The notes below the pieces were generated by a model that saw only the letters and a program-made list of their open reading frames with translations, searched no databases and had not been told where the DNA came from. Made by a program: the position numbers and the translations under genes. From contig CAWIAD010000002.1 in NCBI GenBank assembly GCA_963833985.1, positions 4,640,001 to 4,704,000 on the forward strand: a stretch of DNA of 64,000 nucleotides. Reading direction: 5' to 3'. The stretch comes from an uncultured Planctomycetaceae bacterium. GTDB taxonomy: Bacteria > Planctomycetota > Planctomycetia > Isosphaerales > Isosphaeraceae. Shown here one piece after another: positions 62,014 to 64,000 of the stretch (positions are counted from its first letter, which is position 1; each line of letters starts with the position of its first letter).

Positions 62014-64000
62014 ATGCATCTCAATCGCCGCTGGATCGCGATCGTCCTGGCCGCTGGAACGCTGGCCACACCGGCTTCCAGGCCACAAGTCCACGCGGAT
62101 GAGCCCCGAGCGCCCGCGGGCAGCCTGCACGACGGTTTTGAAACGCCCCAGGTCTGCTGGGAACGCGAACACACCGATACGACGATCAACCTGCTCGCCC
62201 AGGAGCGGTCCGTACGCGCCGCTCACGACGGCAACCAGTCCGAGCACTTCCAGTTCGAAGCGGAGACCGGCAGCCAGTTCTTCGTGAGCTATGCGCTGCC
62301 GAAGATCCCGATCGTCCAGGCGCTCCGGGCGGTCGTGCATGCGCGGGCCAATCGGGTCGGGGTGCAGCTTTACGGGCGGGTCGTCTTGCCGGAAGACATC
62401 GATCCGGAGACGCGTGCCCCGTCGTTCGTGCTCATCCAGGGGACGATCTACGACCGCGTGGATCGCTGGCAGCCGCTGGAGCTGTCGGAGATGATCACGG
62501 CCGTCGAGCACCAGGCCCGTGTGCTCCGCGCGTCGACCCGCCGGCCGGTGAGCCTGAAGGGCGCGTACCTCGAGCGGCTGGTCGTGAACCTGATGGGCGG
62601 ACCGGGCGCTTCGGACGTGTTCCTGGACGATGTCTCTGTCTCGCCCGTTCCGCCCGACGTGCTGGCATCGTGGACCAGCGGCGGCGCCCGCACCGGCGGC
62701 AAGCCGGAGAAGGCGGCTGCCGGGTCAGCCAGCAAGAGCGGGGGCAAGGCCGACGATCCACTCTTGCGGCTGGACCGCAACAGGCTGCGGCGGATGGGCA
62801 ATGATCGCAGGTACCATGACTGGCTGCCCACGGCAATCGACGCGCCGGGTGCGGACGTCACGGAACTGCGGCGTCATGGATTCGATCTGCTGGTGGACGA
62901 CCGCAAGTCCGGCCCGGAGCGGATGCAGTCGGCGATCGACAAGGGTTTCCTGCTGCTGACCAAGCTTGCGCCGATCGCTCCGGCAGCCGACACCGAATCG
63001 TTGCTCCGGGAGATCGAGAGCTATCCCTACAAGGACTTCGTCGCCTTCTGGCAAATTGGCGAGGGGCTGGGCCGGAAGCGAGACCTGAAATCGCGCGAGC
63101 TCGAGCTGGCCGCCACGCGGAAGGTGATCACGGCGATGCGGCAGCTTCCCCCGGGGACTTCGCGAATCACGACCGGAGTCGTCGACGGCGAGATTCCGCT
63201 CTATTCCCGGGCGCCTGGAAATCTCGACACCATGGGCATCCAGCCCCTGCTCTGGGCCTCTTGCCAGTCGCTCCAGGAGAGCCTCGGTTTTCTCAAGGAG
63301 CGGCGGCTGCTGGCGGCGCGATCGAACCCTGACGAGCTGTTCTGGGCCTGGATTCCGGCCGCGGCGCCGGCGATCGTGCGGACCAATATCTGGGGGGAAG
63401 ACCCGCCGCCGGCGTGGGGCAACCCCCGGGTCGCGCCGGAGCAGCTCCGGTTGTTCACCTACATGGCGCTCTCGGCGGGTTACCGGGGTCTCGGCTTCCT
63501 GGGCGATGCCGATCTGACGCGGCCCGCGGGACGTGCGCTGCTGATCGAGCTGGCGTTTCTCAACGAAGAGATCGATCTCTGCGAGTCGCTGCTGGCGCGC
63601 AGCTCCGACCCGATCCCGGTTTACCACGTCTTCGACCCCGACCCGCCCGACCTGCCTCCGCCGGGGACGCCGCCGGGGACGCGGGTCCGGCCGCAGAAAG
63701 AGCTGATCGCCAAGCCCGGATTGCTGGCCTCGTCGATCAAGGCTGACCGCAAGGGCGTGCTTTTGCTACTGGCCGATTACGCCGGCAACGCGGAGTTCCA
63801 GCCGCCCCAGCTTGCCGCGCGGAACCTGGTGCTGAAAGCGAACATCCCGGAAAGCGCCCAGGCCTTCGAGATCAGCCCGGGTGAGATCAGGCTCCTGCCC
63901 CGGGAACGCGCCCCCGGGGGCACGCGCATCATCCTCGACGAGTTCAACATGACCACGATGATCCTCTGCACCACCGACCTGAGCCTGAGGGATCGGCTCG
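62014..64000 (+). CDS. Large exported hypothetical protein, runs off the window end (absent from the ORF track)
   Basis: GGGAGG RBS; MHLNRRWIAIVLAAGTLA signal; frame stays open to 64000 with strong GC3 bias. Confidence 0.8.
   Translation, partial: MHLNRRWIAIVLAAGTLATPASRPQVHADEPRAPAGSLHDGFETPQVCWEREHTDTTINLLAQERSVRAAHDGNQSEHFQFEAETGSQFFVSYALPKIPIVQALRAVVHARANRVGVQLYGRVVLPEDIDPETRAPSFVLIQGTIYDRVDRWQPLELSEMITAVEHQARVLRASTRRPVSLKGAYLERLVVNLMGGPGASDVFLDDVSVSPVPPDVLASWTSGGARTGGKPEKAAAGSASKSGGKADDPLLRLDRNRLRRMGNDRRYHDWLPTAIDAPGADVTELRRHGFDLLVDDRKSGPERMQSAIDKGFLLLTKLAPIAPAADTESLLREIESYPYKDFVAFWQIGEGLGRKRDLKSRELELAATRKVITAMRQLPPGTSRITTGVVDGEIPLYSRAPGNLDTMGIQPLLWASCQSLQESLGFLKERRLLAARSNPDELFWAWIPAAAPAIVRTNIWGEDPPPAWGNPRVAPEQLRLFTYMALSAGYRGLGFLGDADLTRPAGRALLIELAFLNEEIDLCESLLARSSDPIPVYHVFDPDPPDLPPPGTPPGTRVRPQKELIAKPGLLASSIKADRKGVLLLLADYAGNAEFQPPQLAARNLVLKANIPESAQAFEISPGEIRLLPRERAPGGTRIILDEFNMTTMILCTTDLSLRDRL

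Overview
GC-rich bacterial DNA, most likely a planctomycete of the Isosphaeraceae type. This is inferred from DUF1559 and DUF1573 genes, LEPR-xLL-like N-termini and TonB-less ExbBD genes; no database search was run and all family calls are by eye. About a dozen ordinary genes carry single-base frameshifts, which look like long-read indel errors. The backbone holds a GH5-like hydrolase, HtrA, exbB-exbD-exbD, holA, a TetR-regulated ABC/HlyD exporter, MFS, Gfo/Idh/MocA, a split sugar ABC transporter, dapF, a site-2 protease, lon, an RsmB-like gene and tRNA-Arg(ACG). Two accessory systems stand out. (1) 48.5-53.4 kb, minus strand: a 148-aa precursor with a Sec-type signal, a double-glycine leader and a 14-Cys core, followed by a LolA-like protein, a stand-alone membrane-anchored C39 peptidase, a DUF1573 protein and a DUF1559 pilin-like protein. 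Its promoter has a G10 tract in the spacer and a perfect palindrome. (2) 30-46 kb, minus strand: a 1987-aa Rhs toxin with an HExxH tip and two orphan Rhs-CT/immunity modules, bracketed by a GT4 and a GT2-GT2-TPR glycosyltransferase plus a mini-YD protein, with no T6SS genes in the window. The GT2 gene carries in-frame insertions built from REP-like palindromes and 9-nt-period repeats. Decayed remnants lie at 5.0-5.7 kb (GT4 paralog, vapC) and 60.4-61.6 kb (tRNA-Arg-anchored island).
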